A program made the position numbers and the translations under genes. The notes under the pieces are model-generated. The model made no database searches, was not told the DNA's origin, and saw only the letters and a list, made by a program, of their open reading frames with translations. Below are positions 50,086 to 62,479 of a DNA stretch of 64,000 bases, one piece after another (position 1 is the first letter of the stretch; each line of letters begins with the position of its first letter). The DNA is from Mobula hypostoma (Eukaryota): assembly GCF_963921235.1 (NCBI RefSeq), contig NC_086100.1, positions 129,022,001 to 129,086,000 of the forward strand, in the 5' to 3' direction.

Positions 50086-50701
50086 CTTAATATTTCCTTC
50101 ATTTGTGCAAACTTGGCTTTTTGACTGAGGACTCCTCTAATTTGCAATGTGACACTTCCATTAGGCGAAATGGGTGAGATTCAGAACACATGGATCTTCA
50201 GAAGCAGTTCATTGGCTAGGAATATTTTGGAATATTCAAAGATGGGCACTCCATAAATTCGTGACCTTAACTATATCGTCTCCCACTAATATGTGAAAAA
50301 TATTTTCTCCAGTTTGATTAGTGTTCTCCCAACTCAGCTTAAATACTGCATGCAGAGTTCTGATGATGAATGTGGGGGAAGGAACAGAGAAATAAAGTAG
50401 AAAAAGACTAGAAATGTCCAAATCCTAGAATGTACAAGTTTGAAATTTCCACCCAAATACTCATACAATCAGAGAGCACTACAGGACAGAAGCAGGCCCT
50501 TCAGCCCGTCTAGTCCATGCTAAACTTGTTATTCTACCTAGTCCCATCAACACACACCTGAATGATAGCCCTCCAGGTCATTGATATAGATGACAAATAA
50601 CATACTCTATTAAAGTCACAAAAACTTGAAGTGTCACATGACATAATGCCACACTATAATGAGTAAACATCAGTAATGAAAGCAAAGCCAGCAATGCAAA
50701 C

Positions 50702-50795
50702 CTTGCCGAAGATGATGAACACTCTTACTGCCTATGATGGACAGGAACATTGACTCATCAGTACCACACTTCAGTTCTCCAGCTTGAAACAGTTC
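50702..50795 (-). CDS. ANXA5: Annexin A5 exon (94 bp, repeat III loop)
   Basis: caacag|GAA CTG...CAA G|gtttg; ELFQAGELKCGTDESMFLSIIGSKSVHHLRQ versus human ALFQAGELKWGTDEEKFITIFGTRSVSHLRK. Confidence 0.96.
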
Positions 50796-52124
50796 CTGTT
50801 GTATAGAGATGATACAAATTATCGATCCACAGCACACAGGAGGAGAAGATTCAACTCTTTCAACAGTATTCCACTTTACACTCATCTCCACACTTCCCTC
50901 CTTTCCTGCCCCTGGCCCTGAAAGTTTGTTCATACAAGTAAAACGTGATTATGTCAGATTCTGAGACCTGGATCAACAACCTGGAAAAGAAATACAAATC
51001 CAACAAAATTCCTGGGGAATTCAAATCATCAGAGTAACACTCAAGATATTGGATTATCAAAAGACTCAACTAATTTAATAACTGACCTTTAAACAGAAAT
51101 TGGGAATATATAAATCTAGACCATTCTCAAGTAAAGTATCTACAAACGTCCTGCTTAGCCTTGACAGAGCTTTTTCATTATAGAGTGTCACCAACAAATT
51201 CCTGAGGGTCACCATTAAATAGAAACTTCACTGAACCAGCTGTGCAAGTGCTGTGATTATAGAAGCATGCTACTTAATATTTCATGCTGACTGACTCACG
51301 GAGGCACAAATCAGCAGAGCTCAGGAAAAACTCTGTATCTGGCTGGATAAGCGTACCTCACAAAAGTCAATAGCATTCAGAACAAATTAATTTGCTTAGT
51401 TGACCCCCACCATAAAGTAAAAGCGCCCCTCTTCACCACTGGCAGCACATATACTAGTTGCAGATGGGTTTGTCTTCGAAATATCATTAGAAAACACAAG
51501 AATCAGGAGTAGCATTCTCTCCCAAGCTCAAAAGTCAGGTGATCCAATATGGACTTCTTGACAAGTTGATGCATTCAATAAAAAAGAATGACCCATTCAT
51601 TAATATTTAATTCCCTATTTCATTTTATGATCCAAAGCATTTTTGACAGCTTGTTCCCAATTTATGTTTCCTCTGCCTCAATCTGGTAACCTAACACTCA
51701 TTTCCAGATGGAATTGAGGATTATTATCAATAGTCAAAAGCAGTGAGCAGAAGTTTTGCATTAATTCATACTAACTGCCTCTTATCTACTTTTCCTCTTT
51801 CAGAGGTTTTCCATCTACAGAAGCCCTTCCAAAAACATAGAAGTTGAGGTAATTGGATTGTTCTTTCTAACTTTAACCTGCTGCTACTGTATTCTACAGA
51901 GCACCCACATGCAAATCACATACACTCACACATCAACAATTGGCCACTCTGCCAGTTAACTTACTTCAGAAATTTTATAAGTAATGTTCTTCCCCTCCAT
52001 TTCCTCCAAAAGGTGGAACAAGTATAGTTTAAAATTAAAGTTTTACAAACATTTTCTCTGAAGTATGGCGAGAGAATGGGGCCAAATTACATTCAGACAT
52101 TATTTTTGTATGGAACTTTGTATA

Positions 52125-53700
52125 GACCTTGGCCTCAATACCTCCTTGTGCAATTGGATCCTCAATTTCCTCACTTGCAGACCCCAGTCAGTTTGGATTG
52201 GCGACAACATCTCCACAAACTCCAGCATCACAGGTGCACCACACGGCTGTGTGCTGAGCTCCCTGCTCTACTCTCCTTACACTTATGACTGTCTGGCTAA
52301 GAATAGCTCCAATGCCATTTTCAAGTTTGCTGATGACACCGGTGTCATAGGCTGAATCAAAGGTGGTGACGAATCAGCATGTAGGAGGGCGACTGAAAAT
52401 CTGGCTGAGTGATGCCACAACAACTTCTTACTCAATGTCACCAAGACCAAGGAGCTGATTACTGACTTCAGGATGAAGAAAACAGGTCCTCACCAAAGGA
52501 TCAGAGGTGGAGAGGGTCAGCAACATTAAACTCCTTGGTTATTATTTCGGAAGACCTGTCCTGGGGACAGCACGCAAGTGCAATTATGAAGAAAGCACAG
52601 CAGCATCTCTACTTCTGTAGGAGCTTACGAAGATTCAGCATGACATCTAAAACTTTGACAAACATCTACAGAAGCAACACACACAAAATGCTGGAAGAAC
52701 TCAGCAGGTCAGGTAGCATCTATGGAAAAGAGTAAACAGTCGATGTTTTTAGACTCAGACCCTTCTTCAGAACTGAGAAAGAAGGGGGAAGATGCCCAAA
52801 TAAAAAGGTTGGGGGAGGAGAAAGAAGATAGCTGGAAGGTGATAGGTGAAGCCAGGTGGGTGGGAAAGGTCAAGGGCTGGAGAAGGATGAATCTGATGGG
52901 AGAGGAGAGTGGACCATAGGAGAAAGGGGAGGAGGAGGGGACCCAGGGCAAGAATAGGGAGGCGAGAAGGTCAGAGTGGGGAATAAAGGAAAGTGGGGGG
53001 AGGGCAGAAAATTTGTTCACTGGAAGGAGAAATCAATATTCATGCCATCAGGTTAGTGGGGTGGTTGGGGGTTGGGGAATGGGGATATGTTTACTGGTAA
53101 ACTTTTATAGGTGTGTAGTGGAGAGCATATTGACTGGTGGCATCACAGCCTGGTATGGAAAATCCCACAAAAAGTAATGGATAGGGCCCAGTCCATCACA
53201 GGTAAAGTGTTCCCCACCATTGAGCACATCTACATGAAGCGTTGTCACAGGAAAGCAGCATCCATCGTCAGGGATCCCACCACCAGGACATGCTCTCTTC
53301 TCATTCCTATCATCAGGAAGGTAGTACAGGAGTTCAGGACCCACAACAACAGGTTCAGGAACAGTTATTACCCCCCTCCCAAACATCAGGCTCTTAACTC
53401 AAAGGGGATAACTTCACTTGTCCCATCATTGAAATGTTCCCACAACCTATAAGCTCACTTTTTCCATCTCATGTTTTCAATATTTATTGCTTACTTATTA
53501 TTATTTATTTATTTTTGTATTTTACTCAGTTTCTCATCTTTTGCTCACTGGTTGAACACCCAAGTTGATGCAGTCTTTCATTGATTCTGTTATAGTTATT
53601 ATTCTATTATCGATTTATTGAGTATGCCCACAAGAAAATGAATCTCAGGATTGTATATGGTGACATATATGAACTTAGATAATAAAATTTACTTTGAAAT
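52125..53700 (+). mobile_element. Rex1/Babar LINE 3' half, interrupted by a PLE fragment
   Basis: [26 protein letters not shown]...FKFADDT; same 3' UTR as 15700-15975. Confidence 0.9.
52670..53050 (-). mobile_element. PLE terminal fragment with a degenerate hammerhead
   Basis: Minus strand reads CTGAAGA-AGGGTCTGAGTCT-AAAAACATC-GACT (core GAA lost), followed by the usual PLE tail. Confidence 0.7.
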
Positions 53701-53858
53701 TTGTCTTCAGTAGTGATGCTCTGGTTGAGTTCAGTCAGCAACTGAGACAAAGGCTGTTGTACAGCAACAACAAATAACGTAAAGTTTAAAGAAACCATTT
53801 AAGGTTTATAAACAATTTTTCTTTCAAGAAAAATAAACTATAAAATGCTTTCACTCAC

Positions 53859-53915
53859 CTGTGCATCTATTTTAACTGCTCCTTCATTATATGTTGTGCT
53901 CTCGTCTCTGTTGGC
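53859..53915 (-). CDS. ANXA5: Annexin A5 exon (57 bp, repeat II-III linker)
   Basis: tttattag|GCC...CAG|gtgagt; ANRDESTTYNEGAVKIDAQ (human ANRDPDAGIDEAQVEQDAQ). Confidence 0.96.
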
Positions 53916-54995
53916 CTAATAAAGATGAAGAAATATCAATTTTAGTGTGTTGTCTCTCCCTCCCCCCAACAGTTGATCACATAACCATGGGTTATATTCA
54001 TACAACTGACTGACAATGTTTTGTTATCACTAATGGCGCAGAAGAGGAGGAACACATTAACCAAAAATTGCTATGTGCATTTCACAGTGAACCCCATGAG
54101 TTGCAACTCTCACTCGGATTGGTGAGGCTGCAAATTAATATTGTAGTACCATTTAATGTTGCACCATCCCATCTCAACACCAGCACTTAACAGTCTGTCA
54201 CACTGTTCATCAGCATTCAGGATTGGATGAGCTCCACTTAAATATTGGGAAAGCCAGACTCATTCTGTTCGTTACCACCATTAACTGATCTCCTGGAATT
54301 TTTTTTATCCCTTTCCCTGAGCATCTTCTGAGAACTAATTAGAGTCAGCATTCTAGACTAAACCTAAATGTCATACCATCTCTATCATATGTCTTACATC
54401 AATCCTTTCTGCTTTAAATCCCTCAATCACTCCTTTGTTCAACGACTACTAAAATCCTCCCAGGGTCGGTTTTCTATCACACCCAAACCTACACACTCCA
54501 TTTTGCAATGCACACTAAGGTCAATCACAAGCTCTTTATTTCTACTGGCTACCAGTACAGCAACAACTTAATTTGAAAGATCCGGTTTTACTACTCCCTG
54601 TGTATGTTCTTGCAGCCCAGCCCCCAATTCAACTTCCTATCATTCAAGGGAGGCATTCATTTGCCCAGGTCTTAACCCCGGCAATTTTCCCCCTCCAATC
54701 AATAATGTTTCTCTCTCCTCCTCACCTCTTTAGGACACTACTTAATACCCACCTGCGTTCCCAAGCCCAGACCCAATATTTGCTTTTGTATCTGGTATCA
54801 GACTTTATTTGATAATGCTCCCGTTAAGTACCCTGGGCTTTATCGCATTAACATTCAAGTTGATACAATGTATGAACAAAACCAATAGTAAATCTGCAAT
54901 ACTATTTCCATAGATGTGACACTTTAAAACTTACAATAAATCCAATGGTTTGGCATTTTAAACATTGATAAACATTTAATTTTCTATATTTCTAC

Positions 54996-55075
54996 CTGTA
55001 GTAGAATCACCAAAATCCTTTGGAAATGTCCAGAAGTATCACTGACAATAGATTCCTCCAAATCTTTGCCATATT
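54996..55075 (-). CDS. ANXA5: Annexin A5 exon (80 bp)
   Basis: cttttag|AA TAT...CAG|gtaga; (E)YGKDLEESIVSDTSGHFQRILVILLQ. Confidence 0.96.
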
Positions 55076-55244
55076 CTAAAAGGTGTTAAAAGAGATGGTT
55101 AAGAACAAAAACTATTCTTGTGGTTCACAAGTTAAAACAACAAAAGAGACAGTGATGTCTGGAGTTCATTACTAATAGCAACTACCTAGACCTCACAGAA
55201 CAAATTAACTGTCTTTGCCAAAATATATCAGCATGAATACCCCC

Positions 55245-55790
55245 TGTAACTAATAAAATGGCCACTGGGTGTATGTTTCATGGTCTTCTGCTGCAGTAGC
55301 CCATCCACTTTAAGGTTCAATATGTTGTGCATTCAGAGATGCTCTTCTGCACACCATTGTTGTAACTTGAGGTTGTTTGGATTACAGTCATCTTCCTGTC
55401 AGCTTGAAACAGTCAGAGAGGAATCACCAAACCTCTTTCATTAACAAGGCATTTTTGCCGACAGAACTGTTGCTCACTGGATGTTTTTGTTTTTTGCTTT
55501 TTGCATCATTCCCCGTAAAGTTTAAAGACTGTTGTGTATGACAATCCCAGGAGAACAAGAGTTTAAGACACTCAAACCACTTCGTCTGGCACCAACAATC
55601 ATTCCACAGTCAAAGCCACTGAGATCACATTACTTCCCCATTCTCATGTTTGGTCTGAACAACAACTGAACCTCTTGACCATGTCAGCATGCTTTTATGC
55701 ACTGAGTCACTGACACATGATTAGCTGATTAGATATTTGCATTAATGAGCAGCTGTAGAGGTGTACCTAATAAAGTGGCCACTGAGTGTA
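55245..55790 (-). mobile_element. Tc1/mariner DNA transposon 5' fragment
   Basis: Minus strand starts TACACTCAGTGGCCACTTTATTAGGTACACC, a Tc1-type terminal repeat; a second copy in the same orientation lies at 55245-55274. Confidence 0.7.
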
Positions 55791-56263
55791 TTTCATTTGG
55801 TATGTCAATTAATAACATGGATCATAGTACAATGCAAGGATGAAAAGCAGGTTTATATCATTCCACCAAGTGCTGATGCTAACTTTTGAAACAATCTTTT
55901 AAAGCTGGAGTATGAGAAGACTCTTAAGTGAAAGGAGGTGCAGAACCTAAAATTTAAAAGTCACCTAACAGCACTCAAGGTACCATCTCATGTTCAAACA
56001 ATTTCAATACCCTTAAGTTCATCTAGCAACAAGTAGAGTAGCCCAGCACATTAATTTTGCAGCTCAAAGACCTTCCATCAGAATTTCAAGTAAGTGACTG
56101 AAAATATTACTTTGTTTACTCCCTCCACAGATGCTGCCTAACCTATTAAAAATTTCCAACTATTCCAGGCTTTTATTTCAGATACTTTGCTTTCCAAACA
56201 AATCATGTCTCACCTGCTTTTGAACCAGTGTTATTACATACTAAATGAGGTACTAGATCATAC

Positions 56264-56354
56264 CTTCATTATAAGCCTGAATAATTGCTTTCAGTTCCTG
56301 ATTAGTTCTTGAGGCAAGAATTTCTATCAAGCATTTTTCATCAGTTCCAGCACC
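56264..56354 (-). CDS. ANXA5: Annexin A5 exon (91 bp, repeat II); most 5' exon present in the window
   Basis: tttgcag|GGT...GAA G|gtatga; GAGTDEKCLIEILASRTNQELKAIIQAYNE. The exon sizes 91/80/57/94/96/59/123 are the canonical vertebrate annexin series. Confidence 0.96.
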
Positions 56355-56629
56355 CTGCAAAGATACAAATCAAATATCCGTCAACAAGTTTAGAAAGGAA
56401 CAATATATCACTTATATGCTTCAGAAGCTTCAATCTGAAGTCAACCTTGACTCGCAAACAGTAAAACAGAAGTGGACTTGGCACTTGTAAAAATGTAACG
56501 AGTTGGATTGTACAATCCCATCTGATTCACTATCGTTATCCTCAAGGGAGAAAACCTCCCACCCCTTCTTGAACTTGCCCGTGTGATTTCAGACAGGGAG
56601 CAGTTCATGACCCTGGGCCACACCTCTGT

Positions 56630-56912
56630 GGGTCAGCACAGTAGTGTAGTGGTCAACACAACACTTTATAACTCAGGCCACCCGGGTTCAATTTCCAACA
56701 CTGCCTGTAAGGAGGTCTTCACCACATGGGTTTCCTCCAGGTGCTCCAATTTCCTCCCACAGTCCAAAGACGTACTGGTTCGCAGGTTAATTGGTCATTG
56801 TAAATTGTCCTGTGATTAGGCTAGCATTAAATTAGTGGGTTTCTGGTGGCGCGGCTCAAAGGCCCAGAAGGATCTACTCCACGCTGTACTTCAATAATAA
56901 AAAATAAATAAA
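56630..56912 (+). mobile_element. tRNA-derived SINE (HE1/V-SINE-like), near full length
   Basis: Head gggtcagcacagtagtgtagtggtc...ccgggttcaatt; core gggtttcctccaggtgctccaatttcctcccacagtccaaagacgt; A-rich tail aataataaaaaaataaataaa. Confidence 0.8.
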
Positions 56913-58600
56913 CCTCTATCAGATCTCCCCTCAGCCTCCGGTGCTCCAGAGAAAACAACCCAAGTTGTTCCAGCCTCTCGTGATAGCACATGCCCTCTAA
57001 GCCAGGCAGCATCCATACACACTTTTCCACTGTCACACTTGATTGGTCCTATTCCCTCACGTCTTATCCTCTTGCTCTTCACATACTTGTAGAATGCCTT
57101 GGGGTTTTCCTTAATCCTGTCCACCAAGGCCTTCTCATGACCCCTTCTGGCCCTCCTAATTTCATTCTTAAGCTCCTTCCTGCTAGCCTTATAATCTTCT
57201 AGATCTCTAACATTATCTAGTTTTTTGAACCTTTCATAAGCTCTTTTCTCCTTGACTAAATTTACAACAGCCTTTGTACACCATAGTTCCTGTACCCTAC
57301 CATCCTTTCCCTGTCTCATTGGAACATACCTATGCAGATCCCCATGAAAATACCCCCTGAACATTTGCCATATTTCTTCCATATGTTTCCCTGAGAACAT
57401 CTGTTTCCAATTTATGCTTCCATGTTCCTGCCTGATAGCCTCATATTTTCCTTTACTCCAATTAAACATTTCCCTAACTTGTCTATTCCTATCCCTCTCC
57501 AATGCTATGGTAAAGGAGATAGAATTTTGATCACTATTTCCAAAATGCTCTCCCACTGAGAGACCGGACATCTGACCAGATTCATTTCCCAATAGTAGAA
57601 CAAGTACAGCCTCTCCTCTTATAGGCTTATCTACATATTGTGTCAAGAAACTTTCCTGAACACACTTAACGAACTCTATCCCATCTTAACCCCTTACTCT
57701 AGGGACATGCCAATTGATATTTGGGAAATTAAAATCTCCCACAACAACCCTGTTATTATTACTCCTTTCCAGAATCTGTCTCCCTATCTGCTCCTTGATG
57801 TCCCTGTTACTATTGAGTGGTCTATAAAAAACACCAGTAGAGTATTGACCCCTTCCTATTCCTAACTTCCACCCACAGAGACTCCATAGACAACCCCTCC
57901 ATGACTTCCACTTCCTCCTTTTCTGCAGCCGTGACACTATCTCTGATCAACAGTGCCACGCCTCCACCTCTTTTGCCTCCCTCCCTATCCTTTCTGAAAC
58001 ATCTAAAGCCTGGCACTTGAAGTAGCCATTCCTGCCCCTGAACCATCCAAGTCTCTGTGATGGCCACAACATCATAGCTCCAAGTGCTGATCCACGCTCT
58101 AAGCTCATCCACTTTATTCATAATACTCCTCGCATTAAAATAGACACATCTCTAACCATCGGTCTGAGTACGTCCCTTCTCTATCATCTGCCTATCCTCC
58201 CTCTCGCACTGTCTCCAAGCTTTCTCTATTTGTGAGCCAACCTCCCTTTCTTCTGTCAAGTCAGTCCGATTCTCACTCCCCAGAAATTCTAGTTTAAACT
58301 CTCCCCAACAGCCTTTACAAACCTCCCCACCAGGGTATTGGTCCCCCTCAGATTCAAGTGCAACCCATTCTTTTTATACAGGTCACACCTGCCCCAAAGA
58401 GGTCCCAATGATCCAGAAATCTGAATCATTTATCACGCATTTATCCTCCACCTCATTCTATTCCCCTACTCACTGTCACGTGGTACAGGCAGTAACTCCA
58501 AGCTGACTACCTTTGTGGCCCTGCTTCTCAACTTCCTTCCTAACTCCTCGTTTTCAGGACCTCCTCCCTTTTCCTACCTATGTTGTTGGTACCAATATGT
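56913..58600 (-). mobile_element. CR1 LINE (endonuclease region) with internal deletions
   Basis: ORFs 57822-58121 (SYDVVAITETW...GGGVALLIRD), 57686-57937 (VVVGDFNFPNINW) and 56891-57646 (GEHFGNSDQNSI). Confidence 0.93.
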
Positions 58601-58939
58601 TAATTATCGTTTGTTATAAGGCATAGCCAAAAGGTGCTCAGCAGAATTTGGAGTTCCCTCTGAGATCGCACTTTCATGTGTGGGAGTAGGCCAAGGGGGA
58701 TTCTGGTGACCATCTGCTCCCAGGGAACCTCCATTAGAGGAGTGATCACCAAAAAGTAAATTTGTTTTTTTGCTTTGTGTGGCCTTTCCAGGTGAGTAGC
58801 AGATACCAGGGCTCTGCACCCCCTCCCGTTCTATACACTACGATCTGGGCTGCTATTGAGTGGATCAGTTTCTTTCTCCGTGATTTGAAAGCTTTCCATC
58901 AGCAACTAGAAACATACAGTCATCAATAATCAGATTTGA

Positions 58940-61900
58940 CAGGTAAAGAGTGCCAGAGACATTTATGACATGAGGGACACACCAGATTTGACCGCTAAGT
59001 GTGTCAGAGGCAGCTATGATACGAGGGACGCACCAAATCTGACCAGTGTGTCAGGGATGCACCATATTTGTACGGTATTGTGTCAAGGACACCAAAGATC
59101 GTCAGGAACACACTGGTACCAGTATAATGAGTAAGTAAGAGTGAGATTTGTGGAAACTGAGCTCATGAATTTAATCTCTACAGGACATTGTAGTGAACAA
59201 AAGAAAGAGAAAGTATGGTAAAGTAGGGCGAGGAAGAGACACTGGAAATAAGGGACATAAGCACGGTATATGTTTTAATAATTATGGGAAGGGATCAGTG
59301 GAAGAAATACATGTAACACGCTGTAAGGTTTTATGGCTAAGGCTAATGTAATGGCTTCTATGTAATGTCTCACTGTTAATGTAATGGTTTCTCTGTAGCA
59401 GCAATGTTTGGGTTACGGCTGAAGATAACGGGACTTTGGAATGTATGTTATCCAATGGAAGAAATGTTGTTCTTTCTTGTGTGTGGGGGAGTCGGGTTTT
59501 CTGCTGTCTTTCATCAGGGAGCAATGGAGAGAGGTTGTGAATGGAGAGTCGGAAGACCACTGGACGGAGTGGACTGAGGATCCGAGGGCCGGCTACACTT
59601 GGAGGTTGATGGGAACAAATGAACGAACAGTGAGCTCCAACGATGCCCAATAGACTTTTTTCTTAAAATGGGCCCTTTTACTTTTTATTTTCTTTACTAA
59701 CCCTCTATCCAGATTAAATTATTAAAGTTCCATCATTTAATTGCATATGGTGTACTGGCTGATATTTTGCGGTGCAGATTTGTAATCAGGCAACACGTCA
59801 CACAGCATCCACACAAACAAGATTTTTCAGTTTGGCTGGGCCAGAAGTTGTTTTCCCCTAGATGAACACGTGCTGGCCGAGCCTGAGGGTCACAATTTTG
59901 GGGGCTGCGTTTGGGATTGATTCCATGGGATGCTGCGTGATTGCCCTGAGCATTGAACCAGTGGGTTGTGTATTTAAGTCTGTGCTGGTATGGATGCCGG
60001 TGGGGTGAGGCAGTGGTGTGCCTCTGTGGGGTTACCGGTAACTAATGTGTGCGTGTTGAGTGGGGTGGATAGTACCCTGGATGAATTGTTAATTCGATTT
60101 CTGAGTACGGTTTTTGAGCTATTAGCAACGTTGAAATTGTAGCGCAGAGTTTTGATAAAATAGCAGGCTCAGACCTTGTTTTAGTTCAGACTAGCGCTAA
60201 CATAACGGCCATGGGACTGCCAGCGTCTATCGGTGCACCAGGTGAGGCGGGGCCATGGCCTGTCCATACGGTCAGGGAGGAGGAGAAGGTAGCCAAGCGG
60301 ACCGAGTCACAAGCTGAGATGCCCGCAGTTGGAGGCGGAGACTTCAAAGACAGAGTTCTATCCCTTCTGAGGAGGCTTATGGGGGCCTGCAAGGAGAAAG
60401 CTGGTGGGGAGCTTTCTGGGGACATTGTCCGTGCACCCGGTGTTTCAAGCTGCTTTTGAGGAAATGAGTGGCTGCATTGGGTCAGATACCAAATTTAAAA
60501 GAGGGACTGTGTGGTTCACCCAGTCGAAGCCAATGCTGGTATGGCCCGGGGAAGTAGAGAGACTGATGGGGACCCCAACTTTTCCAGAGTGCATGAAGGC
60601 GAGGCCCTCTTAGTGGATGCTCCGGAAGACTTCGAGGGGGATGCCCCTGGCACACCTGTTCCCGGTGACGGTAATGTCCAGTGTCCCTGTGACACAAGCT
60701 GGGGAGAAACTATAGGAAAAAGGGGGAAAGTTGACAGTGAAGATAGAGGCGGTTACCACTTGGCCAAGACCCCAGACTGTGAGCGCTCTGTGCATACGCT
60801 GCCTTTCACCAACTCCCCATTGACTGAGGAAGAGACTCCCAGCCCTTCTCCCATTGAGTTAGATGAGGAAGTGCGGAGGTCTCAGAGAATTAGGAGACCC
60901 CCAGATAGGCTGGCCTATGTAGCCCCAGGGGAACAGATTGTGACCCCTACTGTGTTGGGGAGCTATGTCACTGCCTTTTACACCAGAATTGGGCTTTGTG
61001 TTTTGCAGGAAGGGTTGGCGAATTATCTCAACATCATGAGGACATGACTAAATTCAGTGGGGGGTGAGAGTGTAACACGCTGTAAGGTTTTACTGCTAAG
61101 GCTAATGTAATGGCTTCTATGTAATGTTTCACTGCTAATGTAATGGCTTCTCTGTAGCAGCAATATTTGGGTTATGACTAGAGATAACGGGACTTCGGAA
61201 TGTATGTTATGTAATGGGAGAAATGTTGTTCTTTCTTGTGTGTGTGGGAGCCGGGTTTTCCGTGGCCTTTCGTCGGGGAACAATGGAGAGAGAGGATGCG
61301 AATGGAGAGTCGGAAGACCACCGGACGGAGTGGACTGAGGAGCGAGGGTCCGAGGGCCGGCTACACTTGGAGGTCGACGGGAACAAATGAACAAACAGTG
61401 AGCTCCAACGATGCGCAATAAACTTTTTCCTTAAAATGGGCCCTTTTACTTTTTATTTTCTTTACTAACCCTCTATCCAGATTAAGATTAATAAAGTTCT
61501 ATCATTTAATTGCATGTGGTGTACTGTCTGATATTTTGCGGTGTGGATTTGTAACCAGGCAACACGTCACACAGCATTCCCACAAACGAGATTTTTCAGT
61601 TTAGCAGGGCCAGAAGTTGTCTTCCCCTAGATGAACACATGTTGGCCGAGCCTGAGGGTTACATATGGATGGGGAACTAAGGGGTGTACATCGACCTTGG
61701 ATAGCAGGAGAATTAAGGGCTATGCTAGAAGAACTGCCCGACACAGAGGCAGGTTTGGAAAAAGCAATTCAGAAACTTAAATTATTATTTTGTGTCACAA
61801 ACCTAGTATTATGGATTTGGGGACCTTAGAGAGGGCATGATTAGGCCTTAAATTCAAATTTTATGAGGTTAAATTTCAGGGCTTTCTAGAGCACCACAAC

Positions 61901-62460
61901 AGTGCCAGGCTAGGACCTGCCACCACACCAATTGAAGATTTCTATAAAAATATGTACAATGGATTACATGCTGCCTTTCCTCAAAAAAAAAGGCTAATTG
62001 GTTTAAGATTATGGAGGCACAACATACAGGCGAATCTGTAGAATATATACAGAAGATAGTATAGAAAATGGAACAACATTCAGTACTGCCAAAAGAGCAG
62101 GTTATGGGACCTACAATTAGTGTTATTGCAAATGGTCTTCGGCCCGAATCACATTCTGTCCCTCCCAAACAGAGGACAGCCTAATAATGTCCCAAAATAG
62201 ACCTGGTGGAGATTAGCATAGGATTTACATCAAACCTTTCTACTTTCTCCGGATGTGCCTGTAAACTTATGTGGAAGAGATTTATCAAGCAGAATGGGAG
62301 CTACTATGACCTACACTCCTGAGGGACTTAATGTGTGCACACCGGCGAGCCACTGTGGACGATACTATTTCAGTAGCAGTCAACCTATTTTGTGGAAGTG
62401 GCAGTTACTCACTACCCACACATCAAGGAGTCTGGAACATTTTTACGAGAGTGCCTAGAT
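58940..62460 (+). mobile_element. Endogenous retrovirus relic (gag-pro), split by the LTR element at 59312-61663
   Basis: ~61940-62070 gives LHAAFPQK.ANWFKIMEAQHTGESVEYIQKI (one frameshift; retroviral capsid-like). 62237-62335 gives FLLSPDVPVNLCGRDLSSRMGATMTYTPEGL (retroviral protease C-terminal motif PxNLxGRDL). A repetitive leader-like stretch lies at 58940-59130. Confidence 0.6.
59312..61663 (+). mobile_element. Internally deleted Gypsy LTR element with PNMA-like gag start
   Basis: LTRs 59312-59894 and 61071-61663 (TGT...ACA); PBS-like TGGGGGCTGCGTTTGGGAT; PPT AGTGGGGGGTGAGAG. The internal 1.18 kb holds a gag N-terminus (MDAGGVRQWCASVGLPVTNVCVLSGV) fused to an integrase-tail motif (RRSQRIRRPPDRL). 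Confidence 0.92.
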
Positions 62461-62479
62461 TCTGTTTAGACCTACAGCT

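Noticed and set aside
38697-56354. Assignment of the annexin as ANXA3, ANXA4 or ANXA6
   Set aside because: The linker ANRD, FQAGELK, YMKISGYQIEE and AETLY-AMK follow ANXA5, and the stop after repeat IV excludes the N-terminal half of ANXA6. A phylogeny is still advisable.
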